A stretch of DNA of 64,000 nt from an uncultured Verrucomicrobiota bacterium (GTDB lineage Bacteria; Verrucomicrobiota; Verrucomicrobiia; CAIQCK01): contig CAZGGF010000400.1 of assembly GCA_964524715.1 (NCBI GenBank), positions 16,964-80,963 on the forward strand, in the 5' to 3' direction. Below the pieces are notes generated by a model that ran no database searches, was not told the DNA's origin, and saw only the letters and a program-made list of their open reading frames with translations. A program made the position numbers and the translations under genes. This document shows positions 1 to 9,346 of the stretch, piece by piece. Numbering within the stretch: position 1 is the first letter of the stretch; each line of letters begins with the position of its first letter.

Positions 1-34
1 GCGAACGGCTCCGGAAACTGCTGTCCAAGCGCCC

Positions 35-184
35 ATGAGCGCACCCTCCGCCCTCGTTCAGAAGCTCTGGAACTACTGAACATCTTTGCGGGATGACGGG
101 CTGTCCTACGGCAATTATGTCGAGCAGTTGACGTATCTGCTGTTCCTCAAGATCGCCAACGAACAGAGCCGGCCGCCGCGCAGC
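35..184 (+). pseudogene. hsdM: Remnant of a type I restriction-modification methylase (HsdM) N-terminus
   Basis: The frame from ATG 35 reads MSAPSALVQKLWNY*TSLRDDGLSYGNYVEQLTYLLFLKIANEQSRPP. This is the HsdM N-terminal signature (LWN.C..LRDDG.SYG.YVEQLTYLLFLK), interrupted by TGA at 77-79. Similarity is lost after about 50 aa and no methylase core follows. Confidence 0.6.
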
Positions 185-228
185 CACCCGGCAGTTGAAT
201 CTAGACGCTTGACGCCCATAACCGCTGA

Positions 229-522
229 CTACAGTTGCCTCGGCTGCGTGGCTTCGCCCGTCTCGTCATCAACATCAATGAAAATCGCACTCGGGAGACT
301 CATGCCAGCCGGAGCCTTGTCTTCGAACGCCACGGTCCAGTAGTCTCTGTGATGCGATAGCAAGTATTCCCATGCATCTGGACGTTTCTGCTTAAGTTCT
401 GGATCGCCTTCCTCCAACACCTCGCGTGTGACGAGACGAGCTGCCACCTTCCGGCCACTCATGTCGTGTCCGCGTTTTGCCATGAATTCCCTAGCTGTTC
501 TGATCGCTTCTTCCTTTGTCAC
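229..522 (-). CDS. Small hypothetical soluble protein (97 aa), family not recognised
   Basis: It is the only long ORF between the hsdM stub and the next gene. It is acidic, has no TM segment, and sits exactly where hsdM homology breaks off. Confidence 0.4.
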   Translation of the reverse strand: MTKEEAIRTAREFMAKRGHDMSGRKVAARLVTREVLEEGDPELKQKRPDAWEYLLSHHRDYWTVAFEDKAPAGMSLPSAIFIDVDDETGEATQPRQL

Positions 523-581
523 TTCATTCCTTTACCAAAAACTTCAGATAAGTTGCCGTCCCCACCATCGAATGTGACGCG

Positions 582-2792
582 TCACTGCCACCGTAGCGCC
601 ATCAGCAGATTCGAGAAATCGTCTGTCCAGAGAATGCCGCGCGTTGCCGGCAGCGGCTGCCATTTGGGATACCGTTGGAATTGCTGCCGCAAATCAGCAC
701 GCCGCGAGAGGACGATCCATTCGCTGACTTCCTTGCCGTCCCGCCGGTCCTCGTCGCTGATCTTGAAGTCCTGCCAGTCGTAACCCGTCAACCCGGCATC
801 GATCGCCAGGGTTGCCACAATCGGTTTCAAATCCAAACGCCGGTTCGAAATGTGAAACGCAAGAACGCCGCCATCGGCCAGCTTCGAGCAATACAGCCGC
901 AACGCTTCCCGAGTCAGCAGGTGAATCGGAATCGAATCCGAACTGAACGCATCCAGCACGAACATCCCGTAATGACGGTCCGGCGCGCTTTGCAGCTTCA
1001 GCCGGGCGTCGCCCAGAACCACTCGCAGTTGCGACGCGGGACACCTGCTCATGAACGTGAAGTAACGAGGGTCGCATGCAATGCGTTCCACGGCGGGATC
1101 AATCTCGTAGAAGTCCCACGACTGTCCTGGGTGCGCATAGGTGGCCAGCGCCCCTGCCCCCAAGCCGATGACGCCGACGCGCGGCGGGAGCGATCGCGCC
1201 ACTGAATCAAAAAAAGCGAATGCTTGTGCAGCCGGACCGTGTCGGTGGAAATACGCCAGCGGCTCGCCGGCGTGCGCGGGATCGCGATGTTGCCGGCCGT
1301 GCAACGTATTGCCATGAACGATCTGGCGAAAACGACCAGCGGTGTCCTCCGTCACACGCAATACGCCGAAAAAATTCCGCTCGGCCAACAGGACCCGGCC
1401 GTGCGCACCCACATACCCGACACCCGCCACCAATACCGCTGCGAGGCACAGACTGAAGCGGACGGGCCGTAACACAAACCGATACGTCACCAGTGCCGGC
1501 ACAGCGAAGATCGCCAGCGTGCTCAGCCGCCCCGGCTCCGCGCCCATGACCTGCACAGCCAGAATCGATGCCAGCGTCACCAATCCCAGCCCCGCGGGCC
1601 AGATCAAGTCCCAACGATTGAAGCCGCGCTGCTCGCCCACTCGCGGCACAACCGCGCATGCCAGCAACATCACCAGAGGGTATTCCAGCACCGAGTTGAA
1701 GATCATTGGCGCCAGCAGCGCGTTGAACATGCCGCCCAATACGCCGCCCACCGACATCCAGAGGTAGAACTCCGTCAGATACCGGCTGGAGGGACGATCC
1801 TTGGCCAGTTCGCTGTGACAGATGAATGCGGCAGCCACGAACATCAGCAGATGCAGCACAACGAACACCACCGGCGGGTGTGTTGCCTCGATGATAAATG
1901 ACACCGTCAGCACCAGTGCCGGCAGGCACAATACGCGCCCCATCCATGGCGATGCATACACAGGCCGGGGCGCAAACACCAAGATGAACGTTGCCAGATA
2001 CAGCGCCAACGGCAGCACCCAGAACAGCGGGAATGGCGCCACATCCGTGGTCAGATAGGTCGTCACACCCACCATCAAGCTTGACGGCACAAATGCCAGC
2101 ACCACCCATCGAACCCGGCGTCCCGGCGTCACGGGTCGAGTGCTGCGTTCTTCCGACAGTTCGGACTTCAGGTCCGGGGTTTCAGATTCCTTCTTCGGGA
2201 AACGCCACAATGTCCAGGCACAAGCCACCGTCAACATCAGCAATAGTGTATAGCCCACCGTCCAGAACCGGCTCTGCGCCCAAAGCGGCAGATTCGGTTC
2301 CACCAGCACAACATAACCGAACAGCCCCGCCATGCTGCCCGCGTTACTGGCCGCGTAGAGAAAATAGGCATCGTGCGCCTGCCGATGCCCCGTCTGGCTG
2401 AACCACTTCTGCAGCAATGGCGCCGTCGTACAAACCGCGAGCAGCGGCAAACCAACCGTTGTCCCCAGCAACTGCAGCAACCACGGAATTGGATTGTCCG
2501 CGCTCGGCAGCGATGCGACTGCGCCGTCGGAAACGCGGATGGGCAACACGAATAGCGGAAGCACTATCAGCACCAAGTGCAACAAGGATTGACGGCGCAG
2601 CCCGAGCCATTGCGTGGAGAAGTGGGCATAAGCGTAACCGAGCAGCAGCACTGTCTGATAAAAGACCAGGCAGGTATTCCAAACCGCAGGTGTCCCGCCC
2701 AGCAAAGGCAGAATCATCTTGCCGACCATCGGTTCCACCAAAAACAACAGTGTGGCGCCAAAGAATAAAGTTGCCGAAAATAAGTAAACCAT
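582..2792 (-). CDS. Fused polytopic membrane domain / spermidine synthase-like (SAM-dependent aminopropyltransferase fold) protein
   Basis: The N-terminal ~480 aa are multi-TM. The C-terminus carries VGVIGLGAGALATY...FYEIDP...VVLGDARL...FVLDAFSSDSIPIHLLT...GGVLAFH, typical of the spermine/spermidine synthase fold. The likely start is ATG 2792 (MVYLFSATLF); the ORF extends to 2828. Confidence 0.8.
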   Translation of the reverse strand: MVYLFSATLFFGATLLFLVEPMVGKMILPLLGGTPAVWNTCLVFYQTVLLLGYAYAHFSTQWLGLRRQSLLHLVLIVLPLFVLPIRVSDGAVASLPSADNPIPWLLQLLGTTVGLPLLAVCTTAPLLQKWFSQTGHRQAHDAYFLYAASNAGSMAGLFGYVVLVEPNLPLWAQSRFWTVGYTLLLMLTVACAWTLWRFPKKESETPDLKSELSEERSTRPVTPGRRVRWVVLAFVPSSLMVGVTTYLTTDVAPFPLFWVLPLALYLATFILVFAPRPVYASPWMGRVLCLPALVLTVSFIIEATHPPVVFVVLHLLMFVAAAFICHSELAKDRPSSRYLTEFYLWMSVGGVLGGMFNALLAPMIFNSVLEYPLVMLLACAVVPRVGEQRGFNRWDLIWPAGLGLVTLASILAVQVMGAEPGRLSTLAIFAVPALVTYRFVLRPVRFSLCLAAVLVAGVGYVGAHGRVLLAERNFFGVLRVTEDTAGRFRQIVHGNTLHGRQHRDPAHAGEPLAYFHRHGPAAQAFAFFDSVARSLPPRVGVIGLGAGALATYAHPGQSWDFYEIDPAVERIACDPRYFTFMSRCPASQLRVVLGDARLKLQSAPDRHYGMFVLDAFSSDSIPIHLLTREALRLYCSKLADGGVLAFHISNRRLDLKPIVATLAIDAGLTGYDWQDFKISDEDRRDGKEVSEWIVLSRRADLRQQFQRYPKWQPLPATRGILWTDDFSNLLMALRWQ

Positions 2793-2811
2793 GCCGACCT
2801 CTTGCCACCTT

Positions 2812-4026
2812 TTATTCGGGCGGTGCAATACGCAGTATCAATGCGCGCATCTCCGTGGCAAGACGTTCCGCCGAGAAGATCCAACTGCCAAGACCCACGC
2901 GATGTTGAAGATTGCGACACGTGATCATCAGCGCCTCCGACGTCTCTCTGGCGGTATTCGATCCGGGGTGAAGCCGTATCCATAGAACCGTCAGCACGCA
3001 TTGCAGCATAAGCAAACGATAGCCGGCCAGCACCGAGACTTGCTCGTCCCCCCAACAACCAAAGAAGGCCTTGCCAAACAATGATTGCTCCATGAATCGC
3101 CTCAACATCGTTTCCGCGGGAGCATCCAACGTCACCTTGGGCAGTGTGCTTATCTCTGCAAATGTGAACGTACGATTGTCCAGCTGCAACCGACGCTGCA
3201 AGGCGGGCAATACGATCGCCTCGACGTAGGTCGAGACGTCCGCATTACTCAAATCCACGAGTTTCGTCCGCAAGAAAACCTGAATACACAGGCCCAGAAT
3301 GACGCGGTGCCGCAGCTTCAGTTCGGCCATCGGCAGCGGATCGCTCTGAGGCACCGTCTCGCCCGCTGCTTCTGCCAGCAATCGCTCTCCCTCAAACAAC
3401 GCCGTCCAAAACCTGCCGGTTGGAGCGCTGGTTATCACCGCACGCACACGATTCTCCAAGGCAAGGTAATCCGCCCAACTCATCTGTTTCGCAGCACTCA
3501 AGGCCACGCTTGCCCCGTGCTCACGGTCCGCGCCTACGCGCTCATAGAATGCCGTCAATTCATCCCGGGATTCTGACAACTCGGCACCCAGATTTCTCCG
3601 GGCACCATCGCTGACATAGGAGAGGCTGGTATAAACACCCGTGGGGGTTCTCACAAAATGATATGGAAATCGCTGGCAAGGAACCGGTTTCGCTTCGGCG
3701 CCGAAGTGTTTATGAATCAGACAGAGCTTGTCACTGCCGAGAAAACGGCAGAAACCAGATGGTTGCAGCCCCATCATCCAGCGCGGCTGGGATGGTTTAC
3801 CCAGGTCGCGAAAAAACTGCTCGCGTGGCGGCGCTTCCGGAACCTTGCTCCAATCCAGCTTTTCAAGGCGCTCCTTCTCTGCCGCGCTCACCTCGATGCC
3901 CCATTGTTGGCAGCAACGTCCACAGCACGAACAGGCAAAACGCAACCCCGGCAAGAACTCCAACTGTTCCTTCATGACATCCTCCTCTTGAATGCGATCC
4001 ATGAACCTGACCACCGATGCTTGCAT
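2812..4026 (-). CDS. YkgJ-family Cys-cluster (CxxCxxCC) protein, FliB-like size
   Basis: The N-terminus contains FACSCCGRCCQQWGIEV...FCRFL...LCLIH...CQRFPY (UPF0153/YkgJ zinc/iron cluster motif), followed by a ~300 aa unrecognised domain. The start is uncertain (3975, 4026 or 4095). Confidence 0.65.
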   Translation of the reverse strand: MQASVVRFMDRIQEEDVMKEQLEFLPGLRFACSCCGRCCQQWGIEVSAAEKERLEKLDWSKVPEAPPREQFFRDLGKPSQPRWMMGLQPSGFCRFLGSDKLCLIHKHFGAEAKPVPCQRFPYHFVRTPTGVYTSLSYVSDGARRNLGAELSESRDELTAFYERVGADREHGASVALSAAKQMSWADYLALENRVRAVITSAPTGRFWTALFEGERLLAEAAGETVPQSDPLPMAELKLRHRVILGLCIQVFLRTKLVDLSNADVSTYVEAIVLPALQRRLQLDNRTFTFAEISTLPKVTLDAPAETMLRRFMEQSLFGKAFFGCWGDEQVSVLAGYRLLMLQCVLTVLWIRLHPGSNTARETSEALMITCRNLQHRVGLGSWIFSAERLATEMRALILRIAPPE

Positions 4027-4173
4027 GAAGTCGTGTTTTCTTTCAAGCGTCGAGAGCAAACCGCGCTCCTTGCGGCGCCGGCCGCAAACCTGCAATCAAA
4101 CCGTCCATCGTGGCATACGGAGGGGCGCAACTCGGCACACCATTTGAATCATGCGCGAATCGCACTCCGAAGC

Positions 4174-4234
4174 CCCCTCACCCTGCCCTCTCCCCATCCG
4201 ATGGGGAGAGGGCGGCCGAAGGCCGGGTGAGGGG
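4174..4234. repeat. Nested palindromic (cruciform-capable) intergenic element
   Basis: Outer arms are cccctcaccc (4174-4183) and gggtgagggg (4225-4234). Inner arms are gccctctccccat (4185-4197) and atggggagagggc (4201-4213). A mini-hairpin ggccgaaggcc lies at 4214-4224. The element sits between divergent genes. Confidence 0.7.
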
Positions 4235-4377
4235 TTGCCTCGCGCGCATTTCTTTATTGCCGCGTGTGCCGAGTTACGCCCCATACGGAGTTGCCTTCGT
4301 CCCACGATTGACAGAACCCCTTGCGTGTCTGACATTGACGCCGAACAGTATCCTTGAGGTTTTAAGAGGAGGCGGCG

Positions 4378-6075
4378 ATGAAAATCAGTCGGAGCAGGTT
4401 TCTGCGCATGGCGGCTGGAGCAGTCGCCTGCACATCGTTGGGACGCCATGCGAAAGTGTTTGCCGCGAGCGGACGGACGGCGGACCTGGTGCTCACAGGC
4501 GGCGTAATCACCACAATGAACGACGCGAAGCCGTTCGTGTCGGCCATGGCAATCAGAGACGGCAAGGTGCTGGCCGTGGGCACCGACCTGGAGCTGTCCG
4601 ACTGCATTGCAAACAGGACACGCGTGATCAAGCTGGCCGGACGGGGCGTCAGTCCCGGTTTGATTGACGCGCATAGCCACCCGATGGCCTACGGACACAT
4701 GGAGTTGATGTTCGTCGTCATCCGGCCGCCGAAGGTCACCGATTTCGATTCGCTGAAGAGAACGCTCAGCCATGCGGCCAAGTCCGTTCCGAAAGGCGAA
4801 TGGATCGTGGCGCGCGGATTCCAGGACTTCCAGGAAGGCCATTTCCCCGGACGCGCTGTCCTGGACGATGCCGTGCCGGATCATCCGGTGCTGACGATTC
4901 ATTGGAGCGGCCAGTATGGCGTGGCGAACACAGCGGCGTTGAAGAAGGCGGGCCTGTTCAGCCCGGATGTTGAAGATCCCTACGGCGGCAAATTCGTGCG
5001 TGAGCGGACGACCGGCCTGCCAAACGGTGTCCTGATCCATTACCCCGCCATCTACGCGGTCTACAAACCCGTGCTGAACGAGCAGGACATGCTGAAGTGC
5101 ATCCGTTGGGCCGTCCAACAATTCCATAGCGCGGGCGTCACCTGCATCCACGACAACTTCGTCCTGCCGCAGCACAACAAGAACTATGTGAAGATGGAAC
5201 GCGAGGGTGACTTGAACATGCGGATTCGGCTGTATCCGTATATCGCCAATCTTCAACAAGCCGAGACGGTGCTGGCCAAAATGGTTCACTACCGCGGCTC
5301 GCTGGTCCGGGTTCAGGGCATCAAGCTGGCCGTGGATGGTTACGCGCTCATGTACGAGTCCCAGCCTGAGCATCAACACATCGCGCTGCCGATGCATCCG
5401 CAGCCGATTTTCGAGCAGATCATCGCCGCGATTCACCGGGGCAACTGGCAGGTGGATGTTCACGCCGCGGGTGACAAGGGAGTGGACTGGACGCTGCAAG
5501 CGTTTGAGAAGGCGGCTGGCGGCGTGCGTCAGGCTCGCGAACGCCGGCACCGCATCGAGCATTTCGCCTTCCGAAAACTCGACTCGATCCACAAAGCCGC
5601 CGAGATGGACGTGCCCGTCTGCGTCCAGCCCACGTTGATGGATTTCCGTGTGGATGATTTCACACGCCGGTTGGGAAGCCCCGTGAAGAAATACATGGGA
5701 ACCATCGTCCCCACGCGGACGTTTCTCCAGCAGGGCGTGCCGCTCGCGTTTGGCGCCGACGTGCCGGCATTCCCCTACTTCGCGCCGCTGGACTCCATCC
5801 GTTGCGCCATGAGCCGGAAGACCCACTCAGGCCGCCAACTGGACACGGCCGAATCCATCTCGTTCATGGAAGCGCTGAGAGTCCACACACGCGGCAGCGC
5901 CTACGCCGCCTTCGATGAAACGGAACTGGGCAGCTTGGAACCGGGCAAGGCCGCCGACTTCGTCATCTGGGACAGGGACCTGCGCAATGTGAAAACACCC
6001 GGCGACGTGAGCAATCTGCACGTGCAAGCCACCTACCTCGCAGGCCGCTGCGTTTATCAAGCCAAGGAAACTTAG
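4378..6075 (+). CDS. Amidohydrolase-family (YtcJ-like, amidohydrolase 3) metal hydrolase with TAT-like signal
   Basis: The protein starts MKISRSRFLRMAAGAVA and contains GLIDAHSH, VDVHAAGD and a C-terminal ADFVIWDRD motif. A strong SD (aagaggagg) lies 6 nt upstream of the ATG. Confidence 0.85.
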   Translation: MKISRSRFLRMAAGAVACTSLGRHAKVFAASGRTADLVLTGGVITTMNDAKPFVSAMAIRDGKVLAVGTDLELSDCIANRTRVIKLAGRGVSPGLIDAHSHPMAYGHMELMFVVIRPPKVTDFDSLKRTLSHAAKSVPKGEWIVARGFQDFQEGHFPGRAVLDDAVPDHPVLTIHWSGQYGVANTAALKKAGLFSPDVEDPYGGKFVRERTTGLPNGVLIHYPAIYAVYKPVLNEQDMLKCIRWAVQQFHSAGVTCIHDNFVLPQHNKNYVKMEREGDLNMRIRLYPYIANLQQAETVLAKMVHYRGSLVRVQGIKLAVDGYALMYESQPEHQHIALPMHPQPIFEQIIAAIHRGNWQVDVHAAGDKGVDWTLQAFEKAAGGVRQARERRHRIEHFAFRKLDSIHKAAEMDVPVCVQPTLMDFRVDDFTRRLGSPVKKYMGTIVPTRTFLQQGVPLAFGADVPAFPYFAPLDSIRCAMSRKTHSGRQLDTAESISFMEALRVHTRGSAYAAFDETELGSLEPGKAADFVIWDRDLRNVKTPGDVSNLHVQATYLAGRCVYQAKET

Positions 6076-6155
6076 GCTTCGATCTCCCGGCCCAGTCATA
6101 CAGATAAGCAACGACGGGCGTCCTATCTGCTCGCCTTTGGCGGCGAACACGTTTA

Positions 6156-9100
6156 ATGCTTGCGCCCGTCATGTTCAGCCGACGACCGCAATGGCTACGG
6201 GCCGCTCTTACAGTGGCGTTTGTGTTTGGAGGATTTGCCGCAAAAGCTGCGCCCCCGGAGCGAGGTCTGCACAGCGCGGAAGAGATGGCGATCATGCGGG
6301 AGAATATCGCGCGTCATCCTTGGGCGCAGGCGCAGGTGAAGGCGGCCCGCAGGGCGGCAGACAAGTGGGCCGCGATGACAGACGACGCGCTGAGGGAGAT
6401 GGTGACGCCGCCGGAAGTGCCGCGGGCGTTTCGCGCGCATGAGAAGGGTTGTCCCGTGCATGGACAGGAAGTCTACAGGCACGGCGGTTATCCGTGGATC
6501 CTGTCGCTGGAGACGCCTTGGAAGGTGAAATGTCCCGTCGGCGGCGAGCTTTACCCGTCGAACGACTTCGGCGCGTTTCTCAAGTCGGGCCTGAAGGACC
6601 GGTCGTTGCTGACCGGCCCTTACGCCGACGACGGCTGGGGTTGGCGCAAAACGGAGAAGGGCGCGAAGTATTGGTTCATCGCGTATTACAACCACTGGGC
6701 GGTTTGGGAACGCGGGGTGTTGAGTGCGTTATCGCAATTGTCAAACGCGTATCTGCTCACGGACGACGCACGCTACGCGCACAAGGTGGCGGTGTTGTTG
6801 CTGAAGATCGCCGAGTATTATCCGCGTTACGATCATGGGCCGCAGTCGCGCTACGGCACGGAGATCAACAGGAGTTACAAAGGCAAAATCCTGAACGCCA
6901 TCTGGGAAACGCACACAGTGACGCAGTTCGCCCAAGCCTATGACGCAATCCATCCGGCGCTGGTGGCGAACGAAGAGTTGCAGCGACAGAGCGGCTTGAG
7001 CGCGCGGCAAATCGCGGAGCGGATCGAGACGAATATTCTGCGTGACGGCGCGCATCACGTGATGGTGACGGGCAAGGTGCGCGGCAACTTCGGGATGCAT
7101 CAGGAGACACTGCTGAGCATCGCGCTCGCGTTGCATGAGACGACCGGCCAGCCGACGCGCGACGACATGGTGCGCTGGGTGATGGAGAGCCGCGGCGCAG
7201 GCGTCATGCTCAACGTCAGCGACGCGATCTACAACCTGGTGTTTCGCGACGGCGTGCCGGAGGAGTCGCCCTCCTACAACATGGGCTGGGTGAGCAATCT
7301 CACCGACGTGGCCCGCCTGTTGAAACGGGCAGGCATGGATTTGTCCCGCGAGCCGAAGTTCCGCCAGCTCTACGACTGGCCATTGGACATGGCCGTGCTC
7401 GGCCGACTGACGCCGCCGCTGGGCGACACGAGCGACATGTTCGCCGGCCGTGTCGGCTGGTCGCCGCCGCTCTACCTCCAGGCGTTTCGCGCCTACCGCA
7501 ATCCGCGCCACGCACGGATCGTTGTGGACAGCAAGGGCAGGATCACCAGCCGCGACATCTTCGAGCGTCCGCTGGACGAAGACATCCAGCGCGCTGCAAC
7601 GACGGTCACCGAGCCGCTGGGCACGCGCAGCAAGCTCTTTCCCGGCTACGGTTTCGCGACGCTGCAGCGCGGCGGCACCAACGGCGTGGCAGCGACGTTG
7701 AGCTTCCCGCAATATCACGGCCACCGCCACGCCGACTTCCTCGACATCGGTCTCTATGCCAACGGCAAGTCGCTCGTGCCCGACTTCGGTTATCCGGAAA
7801 CGGCCAGCGCGGATGATCCGCGGCGGGCGGGCTTTTTCTGCCACACAGTGTCGCACAATACGGTATTGGTGGACGGCCAATGTCAGACATTCGCCTCCCC
7901 CTATCGCTTGCATGCCTACGACACGACGCCTGTGCTGCAACGCGTGGACGTGTCCGCGCCCGGTGTCTATCCGGCCAAAGCCAAAGCGTATCGCCGCTGC
8001 GTCGCGTTGGTGCCGATGGACGACACGCGCGCCTATGTCGCTGACTTCTTCCACGTCGCGGGAGGCCGCCAACATGACTGGCTGGTTCACGGCAGCCACG
8101 TCGAGTTTCGCACGGACGACCTGAAACTTCCCGTGGCCGCACAAGGCACCGTCGCCGGACCGGACGTGCCCTACGGTTTCTTCTACGATGACAAACGCCT
8201 CCAGAACCTGCCCGAAGGCTCGGGCTACGGCGGTTATCGCGGCAGCGGATTTCAGTTCCTCACCAAGCCGCAGACGGTGAAGAACGCGCCCGGCATCTAT
8301 CGGGCGGAATGGCGTTGGACACGCGACACGACGCCTGCGCATCTTTCGTTGTGGTGCGTCGGTGAAGGTGAATCCGCGACCGTCTGCTCCGGGAAACCGC
8401 AGAATCGCCGATCCAATCCCGACGAGGTAAAGTTCCTGATGCGCCGCCGCGCCACAGAAGGTGAAGGCGGTTTGGAGAGTGTTTTCTCTTCGGTGTTCGA
8501 GCCGTTCGCGAACGCCCCCGCAATCCAGCAGGTCGAGCGTGTGAAACTGTCGCCGCCGGTTGCTGGCGCCACTGCATTGTGCGTGAAACTGCCGGGGCGG
8601 ACGGACTGGATCGTCTTCAACGCCAGCGGTGGAAACGTGACGACCCCCAACAACATCCGCGTCAGCGGCGAATTCGCATGGTTGTCGCTGGACGAGAGCG
8701 GCCAGGTGCGGCAGGCGTATGTGGCGCATGGCGGCTCGTTGCGATTCGGGAAGCTCGACCTGGCTGCGCCCGCGGCGGCGTTAAAGGTCGTCAGCGCAGA
8801 CTGGAACCAGCACACCGTCACGCTCAACAGCGATATCCCGAAGAGCGTGGAGGCTGGCCAGACGGTGATGTTCGGCGAAGACCGTTACGCTTACGAGATT
8901 CGCGGTGTGGACCGCAAGACACGGCGAATCGAGCTGGGCGATCAGGACTGCGTCGTGGCCCGCGGAGACGCGGCCAGGATTGAAATGCGGGATTCAGGAT
9001 CAGAAATGCGAACCTCCGCCACGATGCCGCACGCGCGAGCCGGAATGCATCTCCTTGACGAAGCGCGCACACAAAGCTGGCGGATTTTGGACATGAGCGG

Positions 9101-9218
9101 CGGCAAACTCACTCTGTCACGCGGCAACGCGTGGCCCCAGAGTGCGAAGCGTTTCCTGATTACGGACTACGGCCCGGATGACGTCGCAGTCTTTTCCGCC
9201 CCCGCGGTTCTGAAGTAA
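6156..9218 (+). CDS. Heparinase II/III-family polysaccharide lyase-like protein (alginate-lyase-type N-domain)
   Basis: It has a signal peptide. The N-terminal (alpha/alpha) toroid-type region begins MRENIARHPWAQ. The central motif is HGHRHADFLDIGLYANG...DFGYPE...HNTVLVDG, as in the heparinase II/III-like domain. Confidence 0.8.
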   Translation: MLAPVMFSRRPQWLRAALTVAFVFGGFAAKAAPPERGLHSAEEMAIMRENIARHPWAQAQVKAARRAADKWAAMTDDALREMVTPPEVPRAFRAHEKGCPVHGQEVYRHGGYPWILSLETPWKVKCPVGGELYPSNDFGAFLKSGLKDRSLLTGPYADDGWGWRKTEKGAKYWFIAYYNHWAVWERGVLSALSQLSNAYLLTDDARYAHKVAVLLLKIAEYYPRYDHGPQSRYGTEINRSYKGKILNAIWETHTVTQFAQAYDAIHPALVANEELQRQSGLSARQIAERIETNILRDGAHHVMVTGKVRGNFGMHQETLLSIALALHETTGQPTRDDMVRWVMESRGAGVMLNVSDAIYNLVFRDGVPEESPSYNMGWVSNLTDVARLLKRAGMDLSREPKFRQLYDWPLDMAVLGRLTPPLGDTSDMFAGRVGWSPPLYLQAFRAYRNPRHARIVVDSKGRITSRDIFERPLDEDIQRAATTVTEPLGTRSKLFPGYGFATLQRGGTNGVAATLSFPQYHGHRHADFLDIGLYANGKSLVPDFGYPETASADDPRRAGFFCHTVSHNTVLVDGQCQTFASPYRLHAYDTTPVLQRVDVSAPGVYPAKAKAYRRCVALVPMDDTRAYVADFFHVAGGRQHDWLVHGSHVEFRTDDLKLPVAAQGTVAGPDVPYGFFYDDKRLQNLPEGSGYGGYRGSGFQFLTKPQTVKNAPGIYRAEWRWTRDTTPAHLSLWCVGEGESATVCSGKPQNRRSNPDEVKFLMRRRATEGEGGLESVFSSVFEPFANAPAIQQVERVKLSPPVAGATALCVKLPGRTDWIVFNASGGNVTTPNNIRVSGEFAWLSLDESGQVRQAYVAHGGSLRFGKLDLAAPAAALKVVSADWNQHTVTLNSDIPKSVEAGQTVMFGEDRYAYEIRGVDRKTRRIELGDQDCVVARGDAARIEMRDSGSEMRTSATMPHARAGMHLLDEARTQSWRILDMSGGKLTLSRGNAWPQSAKRFLITDYGPDDVAVFSAPAVLK

Positions 9219-9346
9219 AAGATGCGACCCCGTTACTCCACCGTTGGAAAGCGAACGGCGACGCCAGCAGTAACAGCGCGCCGCCACCACCGAATCTGAA
9301 TTGTCCGTTCGACCTTCATCGTTCGCTACCCAACCGCATTTGTCTG

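Noticed and set aside
77-79. TGA at the conserved Cys position of the HsdM N-terminus as a second possible selenocysteine codon
   Set aside because: The gene is truncated after about 50 codons and neighbouring residues are also degraded. No obvious hairpin follows. A nonsense mutation in a pseudogene is the simpler explanation.
4110-4357. ORFs translating to ...ALSPSDGERAAEGRVRG... and ...PLPIRWGEGGRRPGEG...
   Set aside because: These are translation artefacts of the nested palindromic repeat at 4174-4234. The region is a divergent intergenic region.
4096-5826. 576-aa ORF on the minus strand opposite the amidohydrolase gene
   Set aside because: This is a typical high-GC antisense shadow ORF. 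Its composition is Arg/Ala/Gly/His-rich with no motifs, whereas the plus-strand frame has a TAT signal, a strong SD and amidohydrolase motifs.
6741-8729. 662-aa minus-strand ORF opposite the heparinase II/III gene (plus many nested 60-180 aa ORFs)
   Set aside because: This is a shadow ORF in a high-GC coding region. It has no recognisable domain, and the sense frame is clearly the real gene.
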